This document shows positions 53,290 to 64,000 of a stretch of 64,000 nt of DNA, piece after piece. The DNA comes from Carcharhinus longimanus. Taxonomy: Eukaryota. Numbering within the stretch: the first letter of the stretch is position 1; the number at the start of each line of letters is the position of its first letter. The position numbers and the translations under genes are program-made. Location: contig JASCQW010000119.1 in assembly GCA_030264375.1 (NCBI GenBank), positions 10,523,346-10,587,345 of the forward strand. The letters are read 5' to 3'. Below the pieces are notes generated by a model. It had not been told where the DNA came from, searched no databases, and was given only the letters and a program-made list of their open reading frames with translations.

Positions 53290-54500
53290 CCACGCACTTC
53301 TCGACATTGAATATTTTCCACTATTTACCTGCCACCTTCTCTCACGTGTTGAAGTTTTCCACTTCCCTCCGCACAATTTACAATGGTTTTAACCTTGGTA
53401 TCGTTATAAGGTTCGGAAATTGACACTTGCATACCAAGATCTAGATGATTATTGATTAGGAAATGGCAGGAAAAGCAAGAAATCCAATTCCGAACACACT
53501 ATGCACATTAACCCAGTCCGAAATAAAAATATTGACATGTATTCTCTATTTCTGACTTCACAAACAATTTTGCATTCATGTCGTGACTGTTCATTTAGTT
53601 CCACATGTGTTTACCTCTCGAAATGCATGTATAACAAATCATCAGCAAAACCTTAATGCGTAATTTCCCTTCAAGATTCAAAATGTCCCGAAACTTTTAT
53701 GCGTGAGGTTTCACATTTCTGTACCCATACTTCCTTTTCCTGTTCAGCAGAGCATTTTTTCCCCATGTGATTAACAGTTCAAACGGAATGCTTGATTGGA
53801 AATATTCTCACCATTCGGATTGAATTGACAAGTCTGTAATCATGCTCTTCAAATTTGAACATAAATATCTAATGTTTGACATTCGCCGAACCTGTCGTTG
53901 AATCTGGGGAAGACTAAAAAAAAATGGCCCGCATTTTCAATTTGAAGTGTTTCAGTTTCGTTTGATGCATTTTATCCAGCCGCCCTGCCCTGTCAATTTT
54001 ATGTCCCGACAGTCTACCTAGCAGTTCTGCTTATAAGTGTTGAAGATATCAACTGATATTGATTCCCACTCACTCACCATAGGCTGGCAAACCGTTGTCT
54101 ATGCGGCAAAAATACATGCATTAAAAACAAAATCAGCTAAGCCATGCACTCTTCACGATTTTACTCACGTTAAGTCGTTTTTCTGACCTATGTATCTTTT
54201 GCCGTCCATTTTAATAATTATACATATTTAGGAAACATCAGAATTTTGTTGGTTTCCAAGTTAGCTGATAAACCATCGTCGTTTCTCAATAGCCGTTTCT
54301 CAGATGGACATGAATCTTCCACGTTCGTCTCAATTCTCATTTACATTGTTTAGCTGTTACTTATCAAAACATCTGTTTAATTCCTTATCGAAACTGATAT
54401 TTTTTTTTCCCTTAGGAATCCCTAAAATTGTTTTAACTACATTCCATTTTTAAGGGAAGATGCTGTGACTCTGCTGGAACTATTTGATTTATGGAGATTT
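53290..54500 (-). mobile_element. Very old CR1 LINE remnant
   Basis: gtatcgttataaggttcggaaattgacacttgcataccaagatctagatgatt resembles the reverse-complement FADDT region; the rest is only weakly recognisable. Confidence 0.45.
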
Positions 54501-57500
54501 CTCGTTGTTCTGATTTTTTTTCTCCACAGTTTGTTCCAAACTTTCACAGATCTATTATTGTTACAATACTGCAAATATTTTCGCAATTAATTGTGTTATA
54601 CTAGATCGTTTTTATGTCGATTTCTATCGCTACCCCAACCTTATGGCATACAGATCACCTTCTACAAACTGTTTCCACAAAAGGAGGACTTTTGCCCACT
54701 TCAGTTGCAGCAACCATACTCTGCAACGCATTAATTTTTGGGCTACATGCTGGCCATGTATTGCTGAAGAATGATTTCGTTGACAATGAATTTCTGTCCC
54801 TCCTCATCTTTGAGTAAATAAAAACTCTGACTGAATTTGGGTATTTATAGTGCCTAGTATGACTACTGTTTAACATGTATAATCTCTGCCTTTCTGTGCA
54901 ATTTCCTTGCACACCGCACCTCACCTTGCTCTCCGCCCCAATCCTAACACCACCACCACCACACAGCCGGGTATTGCATTCTTCCCACGATTTTCGGCTG
55001 ATAGAATATTCCAAAAATATAACAGCATCACTATTTTCCTTAACTGCTGTCGTCAGTACGTAAAAATTTACCTCCTCAATACATTAAGCAGAAATATCAC
55101 AGGACTGGATGTGTTCCTTTTGTGGATGAAAATAGATTGGCAGAGGAATAGATTGCATAATTTGTTTTCGCATATATAACAGTTTCCTCCAGTGTGGAAA
55201 GTCACAGACGNNNNNNNNNNCTAAAGGATAGACAACAAAGAGATGTTCGCCAAAAAAGCTTTGCAAAATAAATTACTAATCCGGAAACTGCGTGTGTTCT
55301 TGCACATTACTAGGTTCTGTTGTTTTTTTTTCATGGCTGGAAAACCATTTCAGTACTTTATCCGGATTGCTTTTCAACAGATGGTCCAGCTTTCGAATTG
55401 AGTGAAACCTGAGGAATGTTTTGGATCATGACAATCATCATCCATTGAAAGATCGGCAGGTTAATAGGTACTACAAAAAAACAAAAAAAAATGCACTTCA
55501 ACATTTTTTTAAAGTTTCTTGATGACCATGCACGACCTCGACCTCCCCCTGACAAGCGTTGTTAATATGATTGGCTCACGTCCAGATATGCAGAGTGGCA
55601 AAATATAATCTTCCACCTGGGCAACGGACAAGCTTACAACTTTTGAAACAGGTAAATGTTGACCTTGTGTTCACCACATGTGGACACTATACCATCGTTT
55701 TAATGGGCAGATACACTTGGAGCTGTTCAACGACTGAAACAAATACCTATTCTCTTTCAAGTTTTCAGCAGTTCTAACTCTTCTTCCATCTTTTGTCTCG
55801 TGGCATAGGACATTTTTTTATCTGGGATTGAAAAAGGCAAGAGTGACATGGAATTCTGCACGTAGTTCATTGTTGAACTGGTGCAGATAACTTTTAACAA
55901 CATGCTTATTCACCGTCGCGTGCTTGATACCGCCCCATTATAATCGTACTCTGTTGAACGTGATAGCACGATCAAACTCCACCAAATTGCATTCATCAAT
56001 GTGAGGCCGTTTTGTTTTTGCTTCTTGACTGAATAAAACATATGGAAACCCAACGCATAAAAGTAAGGTATGGACTCTCTGCTGTACATCTGAAAATAAA
56101 ATTCAGACGGTTTACCAGCTGGTGCTTGGGTACACTCCGAATGCCGACTTCGAGGTATGTTCAGTATAGATGGACGCAGAAATTCCTGCGTCAGGATTCA
56201 TCTTAATTTGATTAACAGTAAGCGCACCAATGGAAAAGTATGTTCGATGCTTGCCTCGCTCAGAGAGAACACGCCAGAAGTCGAATCTCATGTATGCTCT
56301 GAACTGCCAGGTGGCATGTCGCTGTTTCAGGCTTAAACGATTTGAAGTGTTCTACGTCAGCCTTGGCCTCACTTTTCACACAAATGCATTTCTTCTCAAA
56401 ATTTCACCTTCTTATTTCACTATGACAGACAAGATCCATGAATTAGCAATGATCGAATAATGTGGCCTAACACACCTAAAACATTCCTGTAACTTAATAT
56501 TTCTTCTTCGAAAATCCAGATTCGACGAATGGATGGCACGCATCTGGGCAGCAACTTTAAGTTCCTGAATGTTGATCGCACTAGTCGTGGTTATTTATGA
56601 GTCATGCGAGTTTTCCAGAATCTTCTTAACAATTGGAATGCCTTTAGCCAACCGCTGATTACATCATATTTATGAACATACCTTTTAAAATTGGTCCAAA
56701 ATAACAATGTTTGAAAGCTTTTTGCATAATTCCGCCCGAAATATGGTAATCAATTTAACAAATTTTCATACGTTTCTACGAAATTTTAATCTCTGAACAA
56801 TCTTCGAGGATTTTGTGGATTGGTGATTTTGGACAAAAACATTTTATTCCATAAGGAAACTTTCTTTTGGAACCACTGGCGGGCCAAATTCGATATCAAC
56901 TTAAGCTTCACGCACCCTTTATCTCGTATTCTTTTCAACTTGGTAAAAACAATAAAAACTCTCCACGAATTCAACCTACTGTTCACTTCCCTCCTCGAAT
57001 TTATCTACCATAGTGGAACATCGCCATTGTGCTGGTAATTTGAAACTTTGTCGAAGAAGCTAAGATAAAAGCTGAATAATTGTATTGTGCAAACTCGTAT
57101 TGCCAGTGCGAAAATCGAAAAAAAAATCTAGATGTGTTTTTTTCCATTTTCTTTTGATTGACGAAAGAAAAATGTGGTGACTTGAAATCACAAATATGTA
57201 GTTGAATGCATTGTTTATAATATATGTAATTGAATAACGAATTTTAACAGTAATCTAACAGAAAATCAACCGAACACTACGAACTATGAGGAAAGCAACA
57301 ATTGCAAAAGAGCTCTTGTTTCCAGGTCCCTACTTGTCAGACAGAAAACCTCAAAGCCACACATGCCCAGAAGCATCAACAGAAACCAGCAATACACATA
57401 GGATAAAACTCTTAAAATCGTATTCTGCGCTCTTAGACAGCGTGGAACATCTATACTTAAGTGCTATTTAACGCTTTCAAAATAATGCACACCCAGGTAT

Positions 57501-58315
57501 TCCACACGGCGATTCTATATTGGTATCTATGTTGGGTTAGCTAAAATCACATCCGGCACCTCACTTCCACAGTTCAACATAATACCACGCAAAGAATCCT
57601 GGGCCAGTTCCGTTCAGGGATAAATATTAAGGATGTAATATATCAATGAACGAATCCCAGTGGTACAAAGGAACTGGCGACTTCCCTTAAAACATATTTC
57701 CACGCGAACATTTATCTTGCTTATACTGCTATAACTGCCTGCACTTCCAAGCAGCACTGAGAAGAATTTAGTGAGCGCAATGTTTGATGTTTTGCTCGCT
57801 GCCTTTTGTTTTAATGGTGCTCCTTATATTTAGATTGACGTCCCACGGAATCTTACCAAAATCTTTGATAATAAGGTATATGGGCCATTGATTCTTTTAC
57901 AATCCCGAGAAGAATGACCTGCAGCCGCTCCATGACATCTTTCACCCTAACAGCATTGTGGCAACATACCATCATTACGGGTGCACGATCGGTATTTCAC
58001 TGTATCGCTCCTTGATCCCTTCTGTACATCTGAGATACCCCTGGTGCCAGTCACAAGGCTCTAAGGGCACTGATCTCAAAAGTAAACTCACCACCTTTCA
58101 AAGTAGAAAACCAATGTGTCAATGCGGGCCCAAGGATTCCTCCACAAAATGTGCCGTCATGTTGGTATGACTGACCCCCAACATATTCCGTTTTTGCCAT
58201 CTTATGCGGCAGTCTTCTTCAACAAATTTTCACGAGGAACTATGTTACTGCCCATCTAGTAATTCCTTAGATAGCAACACTTTTCTAATTACCTTTAATT
58301 ACATCTTTTTTCTAG

Positions 58316-58351
58316 CGTTCAAGACATTGGAAAGGGACGCAAGTGACAAAG
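58316..58351 (+). CDS. Microexon 20 (36 nt), AFKTLERDASDK
   Basis: catcttttttctag|CGTTCAAGACATTGGAAAGGGACGCAAGTGACAAAG|gtgtgt. Confidence 0.82.
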
Positions 58352-58669
58352 GTGTGTCTGCAATGTTGATGGTTACCGTTAATTTGAATAACAATGTACA
58401 AAATTATGCTGTGATCCCGTATGACTCTGCCTTCCATCTAAACAGGAGGCAGAATACGCCGATATCTGCCGTCATCTAATCGTGACATTCACACATCAAC
58501 AGTGGTCAGCAGACCTGCCCTGACTCAAGTAAAATCTTGGAATTTCTTGGATAACCCCCATAATGTAAATATTGGTCCAGTTGAAATCACAGTTTTTTAA
58601 CAGTGCTTAAGTGATTAATCTCATTGTCACTGCCCGTCACTTGAAATGATCCTGAGACTGTTTCTCGTT

Positions 58670-58850
58670 ATTTTCCAAACTGAGGAGAGATTGGGTAAAC
58701 TACGGTTGGTCTCCCTGGAAAGACGGAGAATAAGGAGAGACCTAATAGAGGTGTATAAAATTATGAGGGGTATGGATAGGGTAAACAGTGGAAAACTATT
58801 CCCAGGTCGGAGGTGAAAAACACGAGGGGTCACAGATTGTTCTTTGTTCT
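58670..58850 (+). mobile_element. CR1 LINE 3' fragment
   Basis: Encodes EERLGKLRLVSLERRRIRRDLIEVYKIMRGMDRV. Confidence 0.9.
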
Positions 58851-58907
58851 TTGTTATTTGATCCTGTGAGATCAGATATGAATTGGCAGCGAAATTGAAA
58901 CAGGGAG

Positions 58908-59225
58908 GGGCGGCATGGTAGCAGTGCTGCCTCACATGTCCAGGGACCCGAGTTCGATTCCCGGCTTACGTGAAGAATGCGTGTTGTCCCCGTGTCTGCG
59001 TGGGTTTCCTCCGGGTGGTCCGGTTTCCTCTCACATTTTGAACTTGCACGGCTTAGGGTGATTGGTCTTTGTTGGTGTCCCGCAGTGTCCCGGGATGCGT
59101 TGGTTAAAGGAATTACCTGTGTAAATATTTCGGATTATAAGGATAGGACCTGGGTGGGATTGTTGTCGGTGTAGACTCGATGGACTGAATGGCCTCCTGC
59201 TGCAATGTAGGGTTTCTATGATTAT
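58908..59225 (+). mobile_element. HE1-like SINE
   Basis: gggcggcatggtagcagtgctgcctcac...gagttcgattcccggctt...ggcctcctgctgcaatgtagggtttctatgatt. Confidence 0.9.
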
Positions 59226-59759
59226 CTTTAGAACCTGCACTGGTTTGATCAAACCTTAAAAGCCTTTCAACTGGCGCAGAAATGATTCAAGATTATCCTC
59301 AAACGAAAATTGAATTTGCTTAAGTCTGGAAAGAAGTATTGCAATTTTTCCAATGGACCTAGTAAGGACTAAGGAAACATACAAGAAAAACAACTATTTT
59401 CACGACGTAATTCGCTAGACTAAATAATTGGCAACCGGTCACAATGATACTCAATGTAGCTATTGTTCAGCGAATCCTATGAAAATTGGTAGTATGAAAT
59501 TAAGATAACCGTAAAATTGCACTGATGTTATTCAATATTATGAAATTTTAGTTATAGTCTTTCTGAATGACTTTGTATGTCCACCTCTGGGCACTACAGT
59601 TTGGAAATGATGGAAATGTTTTTTAGGCGTGGGAGGAGTGATGAATTGGATTAATTGTGCATTTGTGAAAATTTATTCAAGTGGATAAACGATAGAAGCT
59701 GGCTCTCTCCACGTCAGGATAGAAAGGATTACATGGAAAGTTAATAGATATTCTAATCA

Positions 59760-60105
59760 TATAATATTTAGTGCAGAAGAACACATTTGACCCTTCCAGT
59801 CTGCACCGACTCTCTGAGAGAGTATCTTACCCAGGGCTTCTCCTCTGCCTTATGCATGAAAACCCATACATTTATCATGGCTAATCCCCTTAATGTACAC
59901 ATGCTGGGAAATTAAGGGGCAATTGTGCATGTCCAATCCACTTAACTTGCGCACTGTGGACTGTAGGAGGAATTTGGAACACCCCGAGGACACCCACAGA
60001 AGCAGAGAGAGAATGTGTAAGCTCTACACCGTTATCAGACGCCGGATTTAATTCCAGTCCCAGCCCAGCCGTTGTGAGGCATTAGTATTGGCCACGGTGC
60101 CACCG
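59760..60105 (-). mobile_element. Degraded HE1-like SINE
   Basis: agtgcagaagaacacatttgaccc...ccaatccacttaacttgc...gtgaggcattagtattggccacggtgccaccgt. Confidence 0.8.
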
Positions 60106-60512
60106 TATCTCATCAAAAAAAAAATTTTATAGATCCCGTCATTGGAATCTGTTTCAACAGGCAGGAACATCATTCTGTGGCTACCAAAAAAAATTACCAA
60201 TGTGTAAGTGAAATATGCAAAGGAAATTGTTTTACTTTCAACGGCGTAACTGTTACAATCTGTAAAGTGCGCTCGCTAAATAATGTGCAACTCTTCTCTG
60301 TCGTATCTTTGCAGGGAAATTTCAATGTATAATCGAAAGGAAGGATAAGGCATTTCAGTTGGAGAAATAACGGAGCTTGAGAACTAGGTTCACAATATCT
60401 GGGGCCCAATTAGCTCACATTGTACTCAATATTCCTTAAGCGATTTGAATATTCTTGCCGATATGAGTGTAGTGCGCAGTTTATTTAGTTGTTTATTTCC
60501 TTCACCTATCAG

Positions 60513-60539
60513 AAAAAGAATTGGGGAACAAGGAAAAAG
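60513..60539 (+). CDS. Microexon 21 (27 nt), EKELGNKEK
   Basis: tttccttcacctatcag|AAAAAGAATTGGGGAACAAGGAAAAAG|gtaatg. Confidence 0.88.
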
Positions 60540-61720
60540 GTAATGACGTGAACACGGGTGTTTTATTTGAAACAGCCTCGTCTTATATCAAATTATATCA
60601 AATGTCAGTATTTTTTTTCCAAAGATATGTCATAAGAGAAACGTGGAATACAATTTTACAAAATTGCACGCTTTTGTAATGCATCTAAATCCAACTTAAT
60701 ATGCTGCAAACTGGGAATAAAGGCGTGTTTCTATGTCAGGTGAAGTGACTCGACCAAAATGTAACTTTGAAAATGTAAGGCCGTGGAGCAAAAACAAATT
60801 GTGACGTTAATTAGCTGCTGTGCTATTCGGTGGCATCTTCACTGAACGCATCCTGATGAAGATGATGTTCCGTGATAATTGTCAATGAGCAACGTCACGG
60901 CTGTTTAGACATGACACTGAGCATTTAATAAAGACTTCCAGTCTAGAAATTTAAATATTATAAGTGCATTTTTCCATTCATATACTATTTTTCGAAGAAT
61001 TCTGAGAAAAGTAACATATTTTCATTTTTTTTTCTGTTTATGGTATGTGCCTTTCATTGCAGTTACACTAAAATCATATCCCGCCCTTGCGACAAAAAAA
61101 AGCGAATTAAGAGGACCACGGAATATAGTGCAGATAAGGTGGAGTTTACACGGTGTGTTTAGAGGTAATCACTGTAAACATTAACTTTGCATTAAATGTT
61201 GATACCGCATCAGAAATGTTGATAGTCACAGCATTTTACAGCATGAAGATAGGTTATTCGGCCCAGCTTGTACATGCCACATTTTTAACCATTAAGGTAA
61301 TTCCAGTTTCACACGATTGTCCCATAACCGTCCATGCTCATCTTAGTCTGCTGACTATTTTCATATATACATATATACATATATATGTATATATAAAAAT
61401 ATAATTTATGTAAATATTAAGAGTGCTTGATCCCCGTAGCTCTACATGTATATATTCTGTTACGTCAGTTTATTTTTTGTTCCTGTGAAGTTGAGTACAC
61501 AGATCTAGTTCATTTTTTTTCGTCAGTGTGCCGGTGGTTACTTATTTTCGGTACCTCAGTGTAATTGTTCAGAGCTTGTTACATCACGGTCCGACAACAG
61601 AGGCTGGAGTCAAGTGCAGACACTTCCACGTTCGTCCTGTGTCACGGCTTTGTAGATTCAGGACATTTACTGCAGATTGCCCATGATATTCCCGATGCCA
61701 AATTTGCTATTCTTTCACAG

Positions 61721-61756
61721 AACTGGAGAAACACAAAAACAATCTTCAAGACTGCC
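61721..61756 (+). CDS. Microexon 22 (36 nt), ELEKHKNNLQDC
   Basis: ctattctttcacag|AACTGGAGAAACACAAAAACAATCTTCAAGACTGCC|gtgagt. Confidence 0.9.
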
Positions 61757-63623
61757 GTGAGTAGAAAGAAGTTGCGTTAAAACTAAACCTTGAAGTTTCA
61801 GCTGATCAACTCCTTCGACTACGTCGATGGTATTTTCATTCTATCGCTCGTGTGCACAATCCCATCTCAGTGTTAATGACGGCACTCACGGTGCTTCAAT
61901 GAACGTCACCCACGTTATTTTACACCGAAAAAAAATGAGGAGATATTCAAATATTGGATGCAGGTAAATCGGTTGTATTTTCTCTGACTTCTTACGGGCT
62001 TATCACAGGAAATAGACGGCAGTGTTTGATCAGTTATTCAAATATATGCAAATTTTATGTATTTATTTATTTGAACTCGCATTAGGTATTTAGCAAAAAG
62101 TAGAAATATTTTGTCTTGTCCAAGTATTTAGGCCTGCAACATTCTGCACTGCCTCCTCACTTATCCTGTTATGAATACTTCTCTCTTTTTTGTACTTTCC
62201 ACTAAGCCAATTGGTATTGATATCTGACTCTATCTTATCGTGTTTGCGAAATGGTCAGCTAATACATTCACCAAAGCTCGTGAATCTGTTAGATTACGTT
62301 TCATGGAATAAATTGATCTTTCAAAGAGTCGGTGCAAACTCAATATGCGGAAAGGCATCTTTCTGCACTGTGCAGTTCTATTTTCTGTGGGACTCGTGTT
62401 TTTTATTTCTATAACTCATTCAAATCTCCTCCTAGATGTTTTTACTTCTAATAAAACAACCCAACTTCTCCAAGCTGCCGAATAAATAAAATGTGTCATC
62501 TGCAAAAACATTTCTAAACCGTAAGCAATACAGACTCTTTATCTCCATATTACCAATGTTCATAGTTATATTAAAAAAAAGTCATGCTCAGGTCCTGTTG
62601 CAGTCCTGTGCATGATCAGCCTTTCTTCCATCCTCCTTTATTCTATGTCACTATAAATAAAGCCCAGAATATTGTAAGTATTCCTACCTTATGTTGTCAA
62701 CCGTCATGCTAATTTCAACGAAAGTTGCAGACAAACAAAAGTTTCATCTGCTCCATTGTTTATTATTTGCTACTTATTTTTAGACTCTTATTGCGTTTTT
62801 TTCGACCTACAGTCAACACTCAGCACCTCCCCTCCTTGACTTTAAATTACCATCTATCTATCGAATACATCAAATTCTCCATGTTCATTTGAATTTCGAA
62901 ATTGTCCCTTCATATTTAAAATGTTTCCAAGTCGTGTGCTATTCTCAAACTTTGAAGTTATTTGCTGGACACCAAGGACCATATAGTGAATATATTTTGT
63001 AATNNNNNNNNNNNNNNNNNNNNNNNNNNNNNNNNNNNNNNNNNNNNNNNNNNNNNNNNNNNNNNNNNNNNNNNNNNNNNNNNNNNNNNNNNNNNNNNNN
63101 NNNNNNNNNNNNNNNNNNNNNNNNNNNNNNNNNNNNNNNNNNNNNNNNNNNNNNNNNNNNNNNNNNNNNNNNNNNNNNNNNNNNNNNNNNNNNNNNNNNN
63201 NNNNNNNNNNNNNNNNNNNNNNNNNNNNNNNNNNNNNNNNNNNNNNNNNNNNNNNNNNNNNNNNNNNNNNNNNNNNNNNNNNNNNNNNNNNNNNNNNNNN
63301 NNNNNNNNNNNNNNNNNNNNNNNNNNNNNNNNNNNNNNNNNNNNNNNNNNNNNNNNNNNNNNNNNNNNNNNNNNNNNNNNNNNNNNNNNNNNNNNNNNNN
63401 NNNNNNNNNNNNNNNNNNNNNNNNNNNNNNNNNNNNNNNNNNNNNNNNNNNNNNNNNNNNNNNNNNNNNNNNNNNNNNNNNNNNNNNNNNNNNNNNNNNN
63501 NNNNNNNNNNNNNNNNNNNNNNNNNNNNNNNNNNNNNNNNNNNNNNNNNNNNNNNNNNNNNNNNNNNNNNNNNNNNNNNNNNNNNNNNNNNNNNNNNNNN
63601 NNNNNNNNNNNNNNNNNNNNNNN

Positions 63624-63900
63624 NTATCTACCTGTGACTTAAACACATTCAGCGAGGTAGCCTCCACCACTTCAATGGACAGAGAATTCCAGAGGCTCAC
63701 CACTTTTTGAGTGAAGAAGTTCCTCCACAACTCCGATCTAAACTGCTTCCCCCACCCACCCCCACCTCCCTTATTTTGAGGTTGTGCCCTCTAGTTCTGC
63801 TATCCTTTCTAAGCAGGAAGAATCTCTCTCCCTCTACTATGTCTTTCCCCTTCATTATCTTATATGTCTCTACAAGATCCCCCCTCAGCCTTCTAAACAC
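63624..63900 (-). mobile_element. CR1 LINE 3' fragment running into an assembly gap
   Basis: RRLRGDLVETYKIMKG...RTRGHNLKIR; WRNFFTQKVVSLWNSL. Confidence 0.92.
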
Positions 63901-63962
63901 TGTCATTGCTTAAGGATCCGTGTAACGTCACACTTCGCATTTGTTACTCTGCATTTATCTAG

Positions 63963-63989
63963 AACTGATGCTAAGCAACGCAAAAAAAG
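63963..63989 (+). CDS. Microexon 23 (27 nt), QLMLSNAKK; gene continues beyond the window
   Basis: ctctgcatttatctag|AACTGATGCTAAGCAACGCAAAAAAAG|gtaagc. Confidence 0.88.
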
Positions 63990-64000
63990 GTAAGCTTTCG

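Larger units (their letters stand above)
862..63989 (+). other. Internal part of a large protein-coding gene: 23 phase-1 microexons encoding a ~233-aa heptad-repeat coiled coil (5' and 3' ends outside the window)
   Basis: 23 AG-exon-donor units, all with length a multiple of 3 and open in phase 1. Sizes are 15, 27, then (27,36)x10, then 27. Hydrophobic residues fall at fixed unit positions 4/11/14/18, and Asp is at residue 11 in 8 of the 10 36-nt exons. Confidence 0.9.

Noticed and set aside
56119-56154. 36-nt phase-1 open candidate (AGAWVHSECRLR) with a gtatgt donor
   Set aside because: Weak acceptor and no match to the family motif. Exon 58316-58351 fills that slot much better.
62945-63730. 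Long ORFs spanning N runs (also 18021-18496 and 13958-14185)
   Set aside because: Artefacts of translating assembly gaps.
1-64000. CRISPR arrays, rRNA, true tRNA genes or prokaryotic operons
   Set aside because: None seen. The tRNA-like A/B boxes all belong to SINE heads.

Overview
AT-rich vertebrate genomic DNA from a gapped draft assembly. The repeats (HE1-type tRNA-derived SINEs, CR1, Rex1/Babar and RTE LINE fragments) point to a cartilaginous fish, probably a shark. None of the ORFs in the supplied track is a credible standalone gene. Reading splice signals by eye instead reveals a chain of 23 phase-1 microexons on the + strand running through the whole window (862-63989). After one 15-nt and one 27-nt exon, the sizes alternate strictly 27/36 nt. 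Each 27+36 pair is 63 nt, or 21 aa, or three heptads. Spliced, they give a stop-free 699-nt frame of 233 codons encoding a continuous coiled coil: xKIKK ELEVKENLD DEEAREKRS EITGLQENIKDT EEQLRKKNN KRTNVQALLADC HEQLSEMIK EMQYLKNQLETK EERLMAQSN EIEKLKTDVEDN QFALTSYQS AVEKLKRKVKDL DNQLYQTDS ECQQLKKNLEEK ESTFTMKDK ELEEMKMNHIDC EERLNMNGK EIQKLKDSFNDQ EQKIGKKEK AFKTLERDASDK EKELGNKEK ELEKHKNNLQDC QLMLSNAKK. The start and stop lie outside the window and I cannot name the gene. The exon model is a manual prediction without transcript evidence, and repeat boundaries are approximate.
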